Source: Candidatus Poribacteria bacterium
GTDB taxonomy: Bacteria; Poribacteria; WGA-4E; UBA9662
Assembly: GCA_046582655.1 (NCBI GenBank)
Contig: JAYGDX010000210.1
Coordinates: 13,030 to 77,029, forward strand
Direction of reading: 5' to 3'
Length of the DNA: 64,000 nucleotides
The translations under genes were made by a program, and so were the position numbers. Shown in pieces: positions 40,040 to 49,351 of this stretch. Every line of letters starts with the position of its first letter. The stretch's first letter is position 1. A model generated the notes under the pieces. The model saw only the letters and a list, made by a program, of their open reading frames with translations. It had not been told where the DNA came from and made no database searches.

Positions 40040-40709
40040 GTCAGTTCCAGCCTTTATCTTCGTAGTTCTCGGAATTAACATTTCATCTTTCTTTCCACTT
40101 TCGTGTAGCTATACACCTCCAAAAAACTATTACATTGAATTTGCTCTGATGGAAGAATGGGGTGAACATAACCGGCAACAAAGTAATCGGAAAATAGGTG
40201 ATGTCGTTGTTCATCCAGAGAAATCGGAGCCGCGCGCTATTGCTTTTGAGGTAGGTCATCCCCCCCAGGGGTTTATCAGATTCATACCTGTTGCAGAAGA
40301 ATCTCAGATTATTTCCGAAGCGCCACCTCCGGCAAAAAAACCAAAAGTTGCCATCGCGATTCAAGATAAAGCACTGGAGACGGTTTTTCGCCAGGAACAG
40401 ATCAATATGGTTCACTACCGGGCAAAAAACGGTCGGCTTAAAGAGAAAGCAAACGTGGTTCAGATTAATTTCGTGCCAGCATCTTTCTCAGATCGCGCAA
40501 TTTATGCAGAATTTTTAATGATTACTGCTATAGTCCACGGAGTGCAACTTGAAAAAGATACAGTTGACGTTGTCAAGTGTGTGGCCGAAGACGATGATGG
40601 ATCACCGATCATGAGTTTGGAAGGTAATATTTCGACCTATCTCAAGTATCGGGAAGCGGAGATAGGGAAGAAAGAATGGGAAAACCAATTGCAGATTGTT
40701 AAGTATTGA
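40002..40709 (+). CDS. hypothetical protein, possible lipoprotein
   Basis: Hydrophobic N-terminus ending LSC; fills the gap between HNH and rnpA. Confidence 0.55.
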   Translation: MIRLGKNTSTLTKSVPAFIFVVLGINISSFFPLSCSYTPPKNYYIEFALMEEWGEHNRQQSNRKIGDVVVHPEKSEPRAIAFEVGHPPQGFIRFIPVAEESQIISEAPPPAKKPKVAIAIQDKALETVFRQEQINMVHYRAKNGRLKEKANVVQINFVPASFSDRAIYAEFLMITAIVHGVQLEKDTVDVVKCVAEDDDGSPIMSLEGNISTYLKYREAEIGKKEWENQLQIVKY

Positions 40710-40710
40710 A

Positions 40711-41052
40711 ATGAGGCATCATCCAGAAAAACTCAGGTACAATTGGGAATTTCAAAACGGTTATCAAAATGGCAGAAAATGTTGGAACCGTTTTTTTGTG
40801 ATCTATGTTTTACCAAACAGATTCAATTCAGTTAGGCTTGGTATCACTGTAAGTAAAAGGACTGGTGGGAGCGTGCAGCGAAATCGAATTAAACGTTTGG
40901 TTCGTGAATCATTCCGGTTTATCAAGTGCAAACTGAAGAGAGGTTATGATATTATTGTTATTGGGCGGAAACCGGCGATTCAACTTAAGTGTCAACAAGC
41001 ACAGTCAGAACTCACATATCTTTTCCGCAGAGCAAGACTTTTTATAAAATGA
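40711..41052 (+). CDS. rnpA: ribonuclease P protein component
   Basis: [24 protein letters not shown] (RNR motif); alternative TTG start at 40696. Confidence 0.92.
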   Translation: MRHHPEKLRYNWEFQNGYQNGRKCWNRFFVIYVLPNRFNSVRLGITVSKRTGGSVQRNRIKRLVRESFRFIKCKLKRGYDIIVIGRKPAIQLKCQQAQSELTYLFRRARLFIK

Positions 41053-41267
41053 GATCCGTAAAGTTTATACCAATTATACCCATTAAACTCTATCAAATCC
41101 TGATTTCGCCTCTTTTCCCCCCAGTTTGTCGGTTTTGTCCAACATGCTCGCAATATGCAATTCAGGCTTTTGCTAAGTACGGCATTTTTAAAGGAGGATG
41201 GATCTCACTGAAAAGGCTATGTAGATGTCATCCATACCATCGGGGCGGCTACGACCCTTTGGTATGA
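41049..41267 (+). CDS. yidD: membrane protein insertion efficiency factor YidD
   Basis: YQ..ISP..P..CRF.PTCSQY...RLCRCHP..GGYDP; ATGA overlap with rnpA. Confidence 0.93.
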   Translation: MRSVKFIPIIPIKLYQILISPLFPPVCRFCPTCSQYAIQAFAKYGIFKGGWISLKRLCRCHPYHRGGYDPLV

Positions 41268-41333
41268 TCCTCCGTAGTATCCCTTTTCCCTCATACATCG
41301 AATCCACGATATTTTAAGGACCTAATAAATTAA

Positions 41334-43172
41334 ATGGAAAAGAACCATATTTTATTTTTTGTCATATCAGCCTTCATCATGATTGTGTATTATTTTTTTA
41401 TTGCCCCTATTATTCTTCCCAATCAGCAAGAGAAAAGAAAACAAGCGGAAAGAAAAACTGTAGTTGATAAGTCGTCATCAACACCTAAAATGACAAATGA
41501 GGAATTCAAGTCACCTGATGATATAGTAACGGAAGGTGAAAAAGTGTCATCAACCCATACAGAAAAGAGTCTAGGACTAGCAGCTAGCAAGAGTGCCACA
41601 ATTGGAGTAGAGACAGAAAAGTATAAAATCCGTTTGGCGACAACCTTAGCAGTTCCATTAGAATGGTCACTCAAGGATTATCCCGATCGATCAAAAGACC
41701 AGCAAGAACCGTTGAACTTGATACCCCGAACAACCGTTACATGCCTTTCAATCCAGCCTCTCGATAACAATATGAAGTTAGACTGGATTGAGTCAAATTG
41801 GGCTGTCAAGGGTGATTTCTCTGACATAAAGCTAACCCCCAGAAATTCAAAGCAAAGCTTAACTTTCTACAGGGACGTTGGTGACGTCTTAAGAGTTTTT
41901 AAGAAATTCACTTTTTATTACGATAGATATTTTGTCGATCTAGATCTAAGTTTTGAAAACCTTTCAGATAATGTGCTGACAACTCCACTAGATGAAAGTG
42001 GTTATGAGCTCAAGTGGGGGCCCGGCATCAGCGCAGATTTATTGCCGCATGAGGTGAAATCTGGTGCGATTAGTCGATACGGGAAAAAAGGTGTTTTCGC
42101 CTATACTGGTGAAGGCAATTTGAAAGAAAAACTTGAAGAGTCCGAGGAATCAGCAAGCATTAAATGGGTGGGTATTACGAACAAGTACTTTGCCGTACTA
42201 ATGCTACCTGACCCAAAGCTTGAAGCGGAGTACAAGCGTGAAGTCAGTGGAGAGGAAACTTCAAAAGGTGTTGTTGCGCCGAACGCATCTGCAGTTTTAA
42301 AGATAAAACCGAAAGGTAAACAAACAAACCTCTTTCGTATCTACGTTGGCCCCAAAATAGAAAAAATTTTGAAGCAGGTTGAGTACCGCAGCACAGGTTT
42401 TGACAAGCCGTATCCTTCTCCATTACTTCATAAAATTGTTGATTTTGGGTGGCTCTTTTTTCTTGTGTGGCCAATGCTGTGGGTTCTGAACGGTTGCTAC
42501 AACATTTTCGGTAACTATGGTATCGCCATTATCCTGTTGACTGTCATTATGAAGATAATTTTATTTCCACTTACACGAAAAAGTTATCAATCCATGAAAG
42601 ATATGCAAAGATTACAGCCGGAAATTGCTGAACTCCGCGAAAAATATCGGGATGATCCGCAAAAGCTTAATCAGGCAACAATGTTACTTTATAAGAGACA
42701 CAAAGTAAATCCTTTCGGAGGCTGTCTCCCTATGCTTCCACAAATGCCAATGTTTTTTGCTATCTTCTCACTACTTGGTAGTGCAGTTGAGTTACGTGGC
42801 CAACCGTTTTTTCTGTGGATAGATGACCTGACTGCTCCTGATGAATTTCTTCTTCTTCCTTTTACCCTCCCCTTTCTTGGGAATTCGCTTCGTATTCTTC
42901 CTATCATTAATGCCGTAGCTACTTGGTTTTCGTCGAAGATGACCGGAACAGCACCTGCTGCCGATAATACACAAGCCAAGATGATGCAGTATTTGCCTTT
43001 TATATTTGTATTCATGTTTTATAATTGGGCATCCGGGTTTGTGCTTTACTGGTTGGCTCAGAGTGTCTTTACAATTGGACAGAACTTGGTAACCAAGAAG
43101 ATGGTAAAAGACGAGATTCAAGAGAATGAGCCGGAAGTTCCAAAACAGAAGCGATCAAAATTAAACAAGTGA
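41334..43172 (+). CDS. yidC: membrane protein insertase YidC
   Basis: N-terminal TM and periplasmic domain, YVGPK, DFGW, GNYGIAII, GGCLPM, WIDDL, LYW. Confidence 0.95.
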   Translation: MEKNHILFFVISAFIMIVYYFFIAPIILPNQQEKRKQAERKTVVDKSSSTPKMTNEEFKSPDDIVTEGEKVSSTHTEKSLGLAASKSATIGVETEKYKIRLATTLAVPLEWSLKDYPDRSKDQQEPLNLIPRTTVTCLSIQPLDNNMKLDWIESNWAVKGDFSDIKLTPRNSKQSLTFYRDVGDVLRVFKKFTFYYDRYFVDLDLSFENLSDNVLTTPLDESGYELKWGPGISADLLPHEVKSGAISRYGKKGVFAYTGEGNLKEKLEESEESASIKWVGITNKYFAVLMLPDPKLEAEYKREVSGEETSKGVVAPNASAVLKIKPKGKQTNLFRIYVGPKIEKILKQVEYRSTGFDKPYPSPLLHKIVDFGWLFFLVWPMLWVLNGCYNIFGNYGIAIILLTVIMKIILFPLTRKSYQSMKDMQRLQPEIAELREKYRDDPQKLNQATMLLYKRHKVNPFGGCLPMLPQMPMFFAIFSLLGSAVELRGQPFFLWIDDLTAPDEFLLLPFTLPFLGNSLRILPIINAVATWFSSKMTGTAPAADNTQAKMMQYLPFIFVFMFYNWASGFVLYWLAQSVFTIGQNLVTKKMVKDEIQENEPEVPKQKRSKLNK

Positions 43173-44560
43173 TTCCCTCAGATACGATATCAGCCATCGC
43201 AACACCGAACGGTGAGAGTGGAATCGGTATTGTCCGTCTCAGTGGACCACTGGCGATTCCGATTTTAGCCGAGCTCTTTCGTTCGTCCCGTCAGATCTCC
43301 GATCTCAAGTCTTACACTATTAACCATGGTCAAGTCATTGACCCAGAATCGAATGAGGTCATTGATGAAGTCCTACTCAGTATTTTTCGGGCGCCAAAAT
43401 CTTATACCACTGAAGATATGGTCGAATTTAATTGTCACGGTGGTAGCGTAATACTTAAGCGTGTTCTTGAGTTGACACTGGAACATGGGGCGCGAATTGC
43501 TGAACCGGGGGAATTTACCAAGCGCGCTTTTCTGAATGGTCGGATAGATCTCGCACAAGCGGAAGCTGTCATAGATTTGATTCAAGCCAAAAGTGATATT
43601 GCCCGTCAGATGGCGGTGGATCAACTGAGTGGGAAATTGTCTCAGACTATCAAAAGTATCAATGATCAGGTTATAGGGTTACTGGCAGAGACAGAGGCCA
43701 TGATTGATTTTCCTGACGAAGATCTTGATTTTATGGATTTCAGCGCAATTCTGAAATCAGCGAAAGAGATCCAATTGGCATTGAATCAGTTGATCACCAC
43801 AGCCAATGATGGTCGGATCATGCGTGAAGGAATCAGTTGCGCTATTTTAGGTAAACCTAATGTTGGCAAATCAAGTTTGCTGAACGCTTTATTAGAGATA
43901 GATCGTGCTATTGTAACTGATATTCCTGGTACGACACGTGACACAATCGAAGAATCAGTCAGTATTAGTGGGATTCCGTTGAATCTGATCGATACGGCTG
44001 GTATTCGTGAAACAGATAACCTGATTGAGCAACACGGTGTTGAACGGAGCAAGTCTGTCTTGGCTAAAGCGGATCTCCTCTTGATCATGATTTCTGCTGC
44101 CGAGCCAATGGATGATTCGGATATTGATTTGCTCCATCGTGCGGTCGACCGCAAAGCGGTGATTATTCTCAACAAGATAGATTTACCTATGCAGACGCTT
44201 CCTGTTCAAGTAAAAGAGCAGGTTCAGAACAAACAGGTCATCGAAACATCTATCTTATGTGGCAAGGGCATCGAGAACCTCAAGTCGGCAATTCTGACAG
44301 AGGTATTGGTTAGTCATGAAGTGGAAGATCTAAGAACATCGGCATCGACAATCATCACAAATGTCCGACATTACGATGCTTTACGACGGGCAAAATCTGA
44401 TCTTGATTGTGCCATCGAAAGCTTGGGTCAACAGCAATCACCCGAATTCGTTGCTCTTGACTTGCGTGGATGCTTGGATCAGCTTGGCGAAATTGTCGGT
44501 AAGACGACAAATGAAGACATTTTAGGGCGTATCTTCTCGCAATTTTGCGTTGGGAAATAA
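43169..44560 (+). CDS. mnmE: tRNA modification GTPase MnmE
   Basis: DTISAIATP, GKPNVGKSS, GTTRD, DTAG, NKID, terminal FCVGK. Confidence 0.96.
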   Translation: MIPSDTISAIATPNGESGIGIVRLSGPLAIPILAELFRSSRQISDLKSYTINHGQVIDPESNEVIDEVLLSIFRAPKSYTTEDMVEFNCHGGSVILKRVLELTLEHGARIAEPGEFTKRAFLNGRIDLAQAEAVIDLIQAKSDIARQMAVDQLSGKLSQTIKSINDQVIGLLAETEAMIDFPDEDLDFMDFSAILKSAKEIQLALNQLITTANDGRIMREGISCAILGKPNVGKSSLLNALLEIDRAIVTDIPGTTRDTIEESVSISGIPLNLIDTAGIRETDNLIEQHGVERSKSVLAKADLLLIMISAAEPMDDSDIDLLHRAVDRKAVIILNKIDLPMQTLPVQVKEQVQNKQVIETSILCGKGIENLKSAILTEVLVSHEVEDLRTSASTIITNVRHYDALRRAKSDLDCAIESLGQQQSPEFVALDLRGCLDQLGEIVGKTTNEDILGRIFSQFCVGK

Positions 44561-44602
44561 CTTGATTCCGACCGTTTATTAAAATGGGAGCATTATAATA
44601 AT

Positions 44603-45433
44603 ATGGATTTTGTGTACCGTAGAAACTATAGAGGTAAACTTAAAGCAGTGATTTTGGACTGGGCTGGCACCACTATGGATTATGGATGCTACGCACCAGC
44701 TGTTGTCTTCGTTGAGGTTTATAAACGAAAAGGGGTACCTATTTCAATGGAAGAAGCGCGTGTCCCAATGGGTGCGCATAAGAAAGTACATATTCGCAAG
44801 ATTTCACAGATAGATTCAGTCTCAGAACGCTGGAAAGAAATGCATGGACGAAAACCGAATGAAAATGACGTTGATGAGATGTTCGCAGATTTTGTGCCGC
44901 TACAGCTGGCTTGTTTGGCGGACTATACAGACTTGATTCCAGGTACGATTGAAGCTATCACACATTTTCGGAAACGCGGTTTGAAGATAGGATCTACAAC
45001 GGGATACCTACCAGAAATGATGACAATGCTCAAGGAAGAAGCAAGCCAACGCGGCTACGTACCAGATTCGTCGGTGTGTGCTGGTGATGTCCCTGCTGGG
45101 CGTCCCGAACCGTGGATGTGTCTTGAAAATGCTAAGAATCTGGGTGTATATCCGATGGAATCTATTGTCAAAGTGGATGATACACTTCCCGGCATTGATG
45201 AAGGGTTGAACGCAGGTATGTGGTCAATAGGTCTTGCCAAAACGGGTAATGAAATCGGATTGAACCAAGAAGAAATTGAGGCGCTACCCCCTGATGAACT
45301 TCAAGCCAAGCTGGAGGGCGCTTATCAGCGGATGTGGCAAGTGGGCGCTCATTATGTAGTTGACGGGATTTGGGATGTTCCGCCAGTTTTAGATTTGATC
45401 AACGAACGTCTCTCACGTGGTGAACGTCCCTGA
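44603..45433 (+). CDS. phnX: phosphonoacetaldehyde hydrolase (phosphonatase)
   Basis: DWAGTTMDYG, R.PMG..K..HI (Schiff-base Lys), TTGY, GRP.PWM, KVDDT..GI.EGLNAGMW. Confidence 0.93.
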   Translation: MDFVYRRNYRGKLKAVILDWAGTTMDYGCYAPAVVFVEVYKRKGVPISMEEARVPMGAHKKVHIRKISQIDSVSERWKEMHGRKPNENDVDEMFADFVPLQLACLADYTDLIPGTIEAITHFRKRGLKIGSTTGYLPEMMTMLKEEASQRGYVPDSSVCAGDVPAGRPEPWMCLENAKNLGVYPMESIVKVDDTLPGIDEGLNAGMWSIGLAKTGNEIGLNQEEIEALPPDELQAKLEGAYQRMWQVGAHYVVDGIWDVPPVLDLINERLSRGERP

Positions 45434-45523
45434 CGCATTTTCATTACATAACTCAACTGTCGAGTATTTGACCTCACTAGTCTTTATTCTTTACCTCGAC
45501 ATTATCGGACACAACAGTAAGCG

Positions 45524-46906
45524 ATGACTGATCAGCGACAAAAACCGATTACCGCATTTTTGCTGAATTCATCGGAAATTGTTTTTGTTTTCTATGCCAT
45601 TTTTGTCTCCTTTTCAACTTACTTCTGTATGTATGCTTTTCGCAAGCCATTTGCCGCGGCAACGTTTGCCGGGCTGCAATTCTTTGGCACAACCATCAAA
45701 CTTAAAAAAGCGATTGTGATCAGCCAAATTATTGGTTATGCACTTTCAAAATATGCCGGAATCAAGATCTGTTCGGAAATTTCGCCCAAGAAACGGTTAT
45801 TTACACTGGTATTTCTTATTCTTTTTGCTGAATCAGCATTAATTATTTATGGAATTCTGCCAAACAATTATAAAGTATTCGCGATTTTTTTAAACGGGAT
45901 TCCACTTGGGATGGTATGGGGACTCGTGGTCTGGTATCTGGAGGGCAGGAAAACTTCGGAACTGCTTCTTGCTGGCCTAAGTTGCTCCTTTATTCTCGCC
46001 AGCGGCATTGTCAAAGATTTTGGTCGAGCCGTGATGGGAGGCGTTGTCGCTGAGTGGTGGTTAAAGATACCTCTTCTGGGAACAATAATTAGTAGATTGA
46101 TGGGCGAAGTCAGTGAAGGATGGATGCCGGCAGTTGTAGGGCTACATTTTCTCCCTTTCTTCTTCATCTCAGTCTGGCTTCTCAATCAGTTGCCTCAGCC
46201 AACCGAAGCTGATATAGAGGCTCGGACGGAGCGAGAAACGATGGATGGGTCGGAACGGCTATCGTTTCTTAAGCACTTTCTTTTAGGAATTATTCTTCTT
46301 TGTGTCGCTTACTTTTTTCTAACTGCATACCGCGATTATCGGGACAATTATCAGGTCGAAATTTTTAATGAACTTGGTTATGTTTATGAAGATAATAAAA
46401 CGATTATTATGCAAGCCGAAACAATCGTAGCGTTCGGCGTGATCTGCGCACTGGCACTGATTTACCTAATTAAGGATAATCGGTTGGGCCTAATCGGTGC
46501 CTATGGAATTATGGTCAGTGGTATTGTGCTGATGGGCATAAGTACAACCCTTCTTGATGCAAAGATTATTGATGGTTTCTGGTGGATGACTTTGGTTGGA
46601 CTCGGTGCTTATCTGACCTATGTACCTTATGGTTCTGTTTTATTTGATCGATTAATCGCTCACACAAAATATATTGGAACTGCTGTTTTTGCTATCTATG
46701 TTGCTGATGCTATTGGTTATACTGGTTCCATTAGTGTGCAACTGTATGAAGATTTCTTTGCCAGTGATAAAATTGGAGTACTTGCCTTTTTTAGAACTCT
46801 AACTTATTTAATGTCAATAGTAGGTGCTTTTTGCCTGCTGGGTAGTTGCTTCTACTTTTTGAATCGTGGTGATGATACTGTTATTGGGGGTGCAAAGGAT
46901 GAGTGA
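45524..46906 (+). CDS. DUF5690-type MFS-like membrane transporter
   Basis: About 11-12 TM; signature YFCMYAFRKPF, SQIIGYALSK, NGIPLGMVWG, YLEGR, FDRLIA, DAIGY. Confidence 0.75.
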   Translation: MTDQRQKPITAFLLNSSEIVFVFYAIFVSFSTYFCMYAFRKPFAAATFAGLQFFGTTIKLKKAIVISQIIGYALSKYAGIKICSEISPKKRLFTLVFLILFAESALIIYGILPNNYKVFAIFLNGIPLGMVWGLVVWYLEGRKTSELLLAGLSCSFILASGIVKDFGRAVMGGVVAEWWLKIPLLGTIISRLMGEVSEGWMPAVVGLHFLPFFFISVWLLNQLPQPTEADIEARTERETMDGSERLSFLKHFLLGIILLCVAYFFLTAYRDYRDNYQVEIFNELGYVYEDNKTIIMQAETIVAFGVICALALIYLIKDNRLGLIGAYGIMVSGIVLMGISTTLLDAKIIDGFWWMTLVGLGAYLTYVPYGSVLFDRLIAHTKYIGTAVFAIYVADAIGYTGSISVQLYEDFFASDKIGVLAFFRTLTYLMSIVGAFCLLGSCFYFLNRGDDTVIGGAKDE

Positions 46907-48410
46907 TAGGTCTTCAAAGACAAACGTTCTAATTATTATGACCGATCAGCAACGTGCCGACACAATCGGAGCTTTGGGAAACCCAATCATTCAGACACCC
47001 GCTTTGAATAGGCTGGTGTCTAGTGGAACCAGTTTTACTTCAGCTTACTGTCCCTCACCCGTTTGTGCCGCCTCGCGATGCAGTTTCTTGTTAGGTGAGT
47101 ATCCACATCAGACGGGAACAGCTTCAAATTCACCAATGCCGCAAGATCGAAAGTCGTTGATGAACTTTCTCAACGAAGTTGGTTATCAAACACATGGAAT
47201 TGGAAAAATGCATTTTTCACCGGATAGCAAAAAGATGTGGGGGTTTGAATCACGCGACTTCTCCGAAGAGGGATCAGGTCAAGACCACTACCGGAATTTT
47301 ATTGATCAGCATGGCTATGATTATATTGCCGCTACACACGGTGAGAGGAGTGAATTCTACTACATTCCACAGCCCTCGCAGTTACCCGAACGTTTGCATC
47401 ATACCAAATGGGTGGGAGATCGAACTCTCGCTTTTCTGGATCGACGGGATTCATCCCGCCCGTTTTTTTGTTGGACCAGTTTCATTAAACCACATCCTCC
47501 GTTTGAATCCCCTGTACCGTGGAACCGACTTTATCGAATGATTGAAATGGATCTACCGTACATTCCACCAGATAACGATCAGCTATTAACCTATTGGAAC
47601 CGTTTGCAGAACCGCTATAAATACCGAGATCAAGGTCTGGACTTAAACCTTGTTCGGATTATGCGAGCCGCCTACTATGCTGCAATTTCGTTCATCGATT
47701 ATAATGTTGGTCGGATACTTGATCAACTTGAAGATGAAGGCATTCTTGATCAAACACTTATATTGTTCACATCCGATCATGGTGAATTTCTGGGTGACTA
47801 CAGCTGCTATGGCAAACGATCATTTCTCGATCCGGCAGCCCGCATTCCTTTGCTTGCACGCTATCCAGCTCGATTTACGCCGGATACACGATGTGACCAG
47901 CCTGTCAGTTTGGTTGATGTTTTACCAACCTGTTTCTCCGTAGCAGGAATTGAAACGCAGTCACAGCATATCGGAACAGATTTGGCTGAAATAGCTTCAG
48001 GGAAATCCGACCGAGATGAAGTCATTGGTCAGTTGGGGCAAGGGACAACGGGACTCTATGCTTTGATCACCAGCCAGTTCAAATACATCTACTCAGCTGC
48101 TGATCAAAAAGAATGGTTGTTTCGGCGGTTGCCGGACCGACTTGAAACACGAAGTCTGGTCGGCAATCCAGCCTTTGCAGATGTTGTGACGGCGTATCGG
48201 AATCACCTGATCGGTTGGTTTAAATCTGATGGGTATGAACAACCAATTGATGGAGATCAATGGCGTGAATTTCCGTCGGTACCAAGTGTTGCTGATAATC
48301 CAGATGCCGAGCAGATTTTCCAAGATGGCAGATCGGTTTCAGAGAGATTTCCAGATGGTTACAACCCGAAAATAGACCCCATGAAACCGGCTAATTTCGA
48401 TGGGTTTTAA
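46899..48410 (+). CDS. sulfatase-family hydrolase
   Basis: TDQQRAD, CAASR (FGly-type CxAxR), GKMH, KPHPP, SDHGE; overlaps the transporter stop. Confidence 0.88.
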   Translation: MSDRSSKTNVLIIMTDQQRADTIGALGNPIIQTPALNRLVSSGTSFTSAYCPSPVCAASRCSFLLGEYPHQTGTASNSPMPQDRKSLMNFLNEVGYQTHGIGKMHFSPDSKKMWGFESRDFSEEGSGQDHYRNFIDQHGYDYIAATHGERSEFYYIPQPSQLPERLHHTKWVGDRTLAFLDRRDSSRPFFCWTSFIKPHPPFESPVPWNRLYRMIEMDLPYIPPDNDQLLTYWNRLQNRYKYRDQGLDLNLVRIMRAAYYAAISFIDYNVGRILDQLEDEGILDQTLILFTSDHGEFLGDYSCYGKRSFLDPAARIPLLARYPARFTPDTRCDQPVSLVDVLPTCFSVAGIETQSQHIGTDLAEIASGKSDRDEVIGQLGQGTTGLYALITSQFKYIYSAADQKEWLFRRLPDRLETRSLVGNPAFADVVTAYRNHLIGWFKSDGYEQPIDGDQWREFPSVPSVADNPDAEQIFQDGRSVSERFPDGYNPKIDPMKPANFDGF

Positions 48411-48530
48411 TCAGCTCTGGTTTCTTCACAGAACATACGCTTCTACTTCAACCGAACGATTAGATAAAGTTTGACTGTTCCCAACCGCCGACATGAAGAT
48501 GGAAGTCCTTCCCCAAACCTAAAGTCAAGA

Positions 48531-49349
48531 TCACTGAAAACTGAGCGATGCCCAGTGTTTAGCATCCCGAACAGTCTTTTCAGGCGAGATCTTTGATCTC
48601 AGTAAGTGACCGGTTGCAGAGCGTAATGTTGATTGGGTTGCGTCCTGATATCGAAAATCGATGCTCCACCGGATGTGGTTAGATCTATTCGGCAATCCAC
48701 GATGAAAAAGTAAATTACTGAATATGGCAATATCCTTGGGATTAATTTCTATTGGGATAGCTTGATCTGCTATTGGTTTAAGATCGTCGTCATGAATCCG
48801 AAGGTAATATTGATCCTGTTCATGTCGCACGACCCCATTTCTGTGACTGTTCGGCACAAACTGCATGCACCCATTTCTCCGGTTCACGGGAACTAGCGGT
48901 GTCCAAACGTTCACCATCCGCAATATTTCTGAGTTCCCGCTGGTATAACCCGCATCCTGATGCCAGAGTACTTCGGTCCTTTTATTCTCAGGCAATTTCG
49001 GTCGAACACTGTAATTTGGATAAATACGAATTTCCGAACCAAGAACCTGCTCCACTATTTCAAGCAATCGGGGATGGGCAAAGAGAAGGTAGAACCCTTC
49101 CAAATGCAATTCTGAACGAAAAATTGTTGGTACTTCGTCCAGATAATTTTCAAACAGATGTATCAAGCGGGTTTCAAATGGACTGTCTGCAAATAGATCT
49201 GTAAGTTTTCCCTCTTCCAATCGTCTTCTTGCCAGCGTATTGACCAGAATCTCACAGTCACGTTTTAGGGCCTCCAAACAGGAATCTTCCAAAACATCGT
49301 GAATGATGGCAAATCCTTGATTGTGAAAAGATTCAATAATTTTGTCCAT
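48531..49349 (-). CDS. phytanoyl-CoA dioxygenase (PhyH) family Fe(II)/2OG oxygenase
   Basis: WHQD, VWTPL...NGCM.FVP.SH, H.G.PN.S...RWSIDFRY; ATG 49349 lies 2 bp after the upstream gene. Confidence 0.85.
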   Translation of the reverse strand: MDKIIESFHNQGFAIIHDVLEDSCLEALKRDCEILVNTLARRRLEEGKLTDLFADSPFETRLIHLFENYLDEVPTIFRSELHLEGFYLLFAHPRLLEIVEQVLGSEIRIYPNYSVRPKLPENKRTEVLWHQDAGYTSGNSEILRMVNVWTPLVPVNRRNGCMQFVPNSHRNGVVRHEQDQYYLRIHDDDLKPIADQAIPIEINPKDIAIFSNLLFHRGLPNRSNHIRWSIDFRYQDATQSTLRSATGHLLRSKISPEKTVRDAKHWASLSFQ

Positions 49350-49351
49350 GA

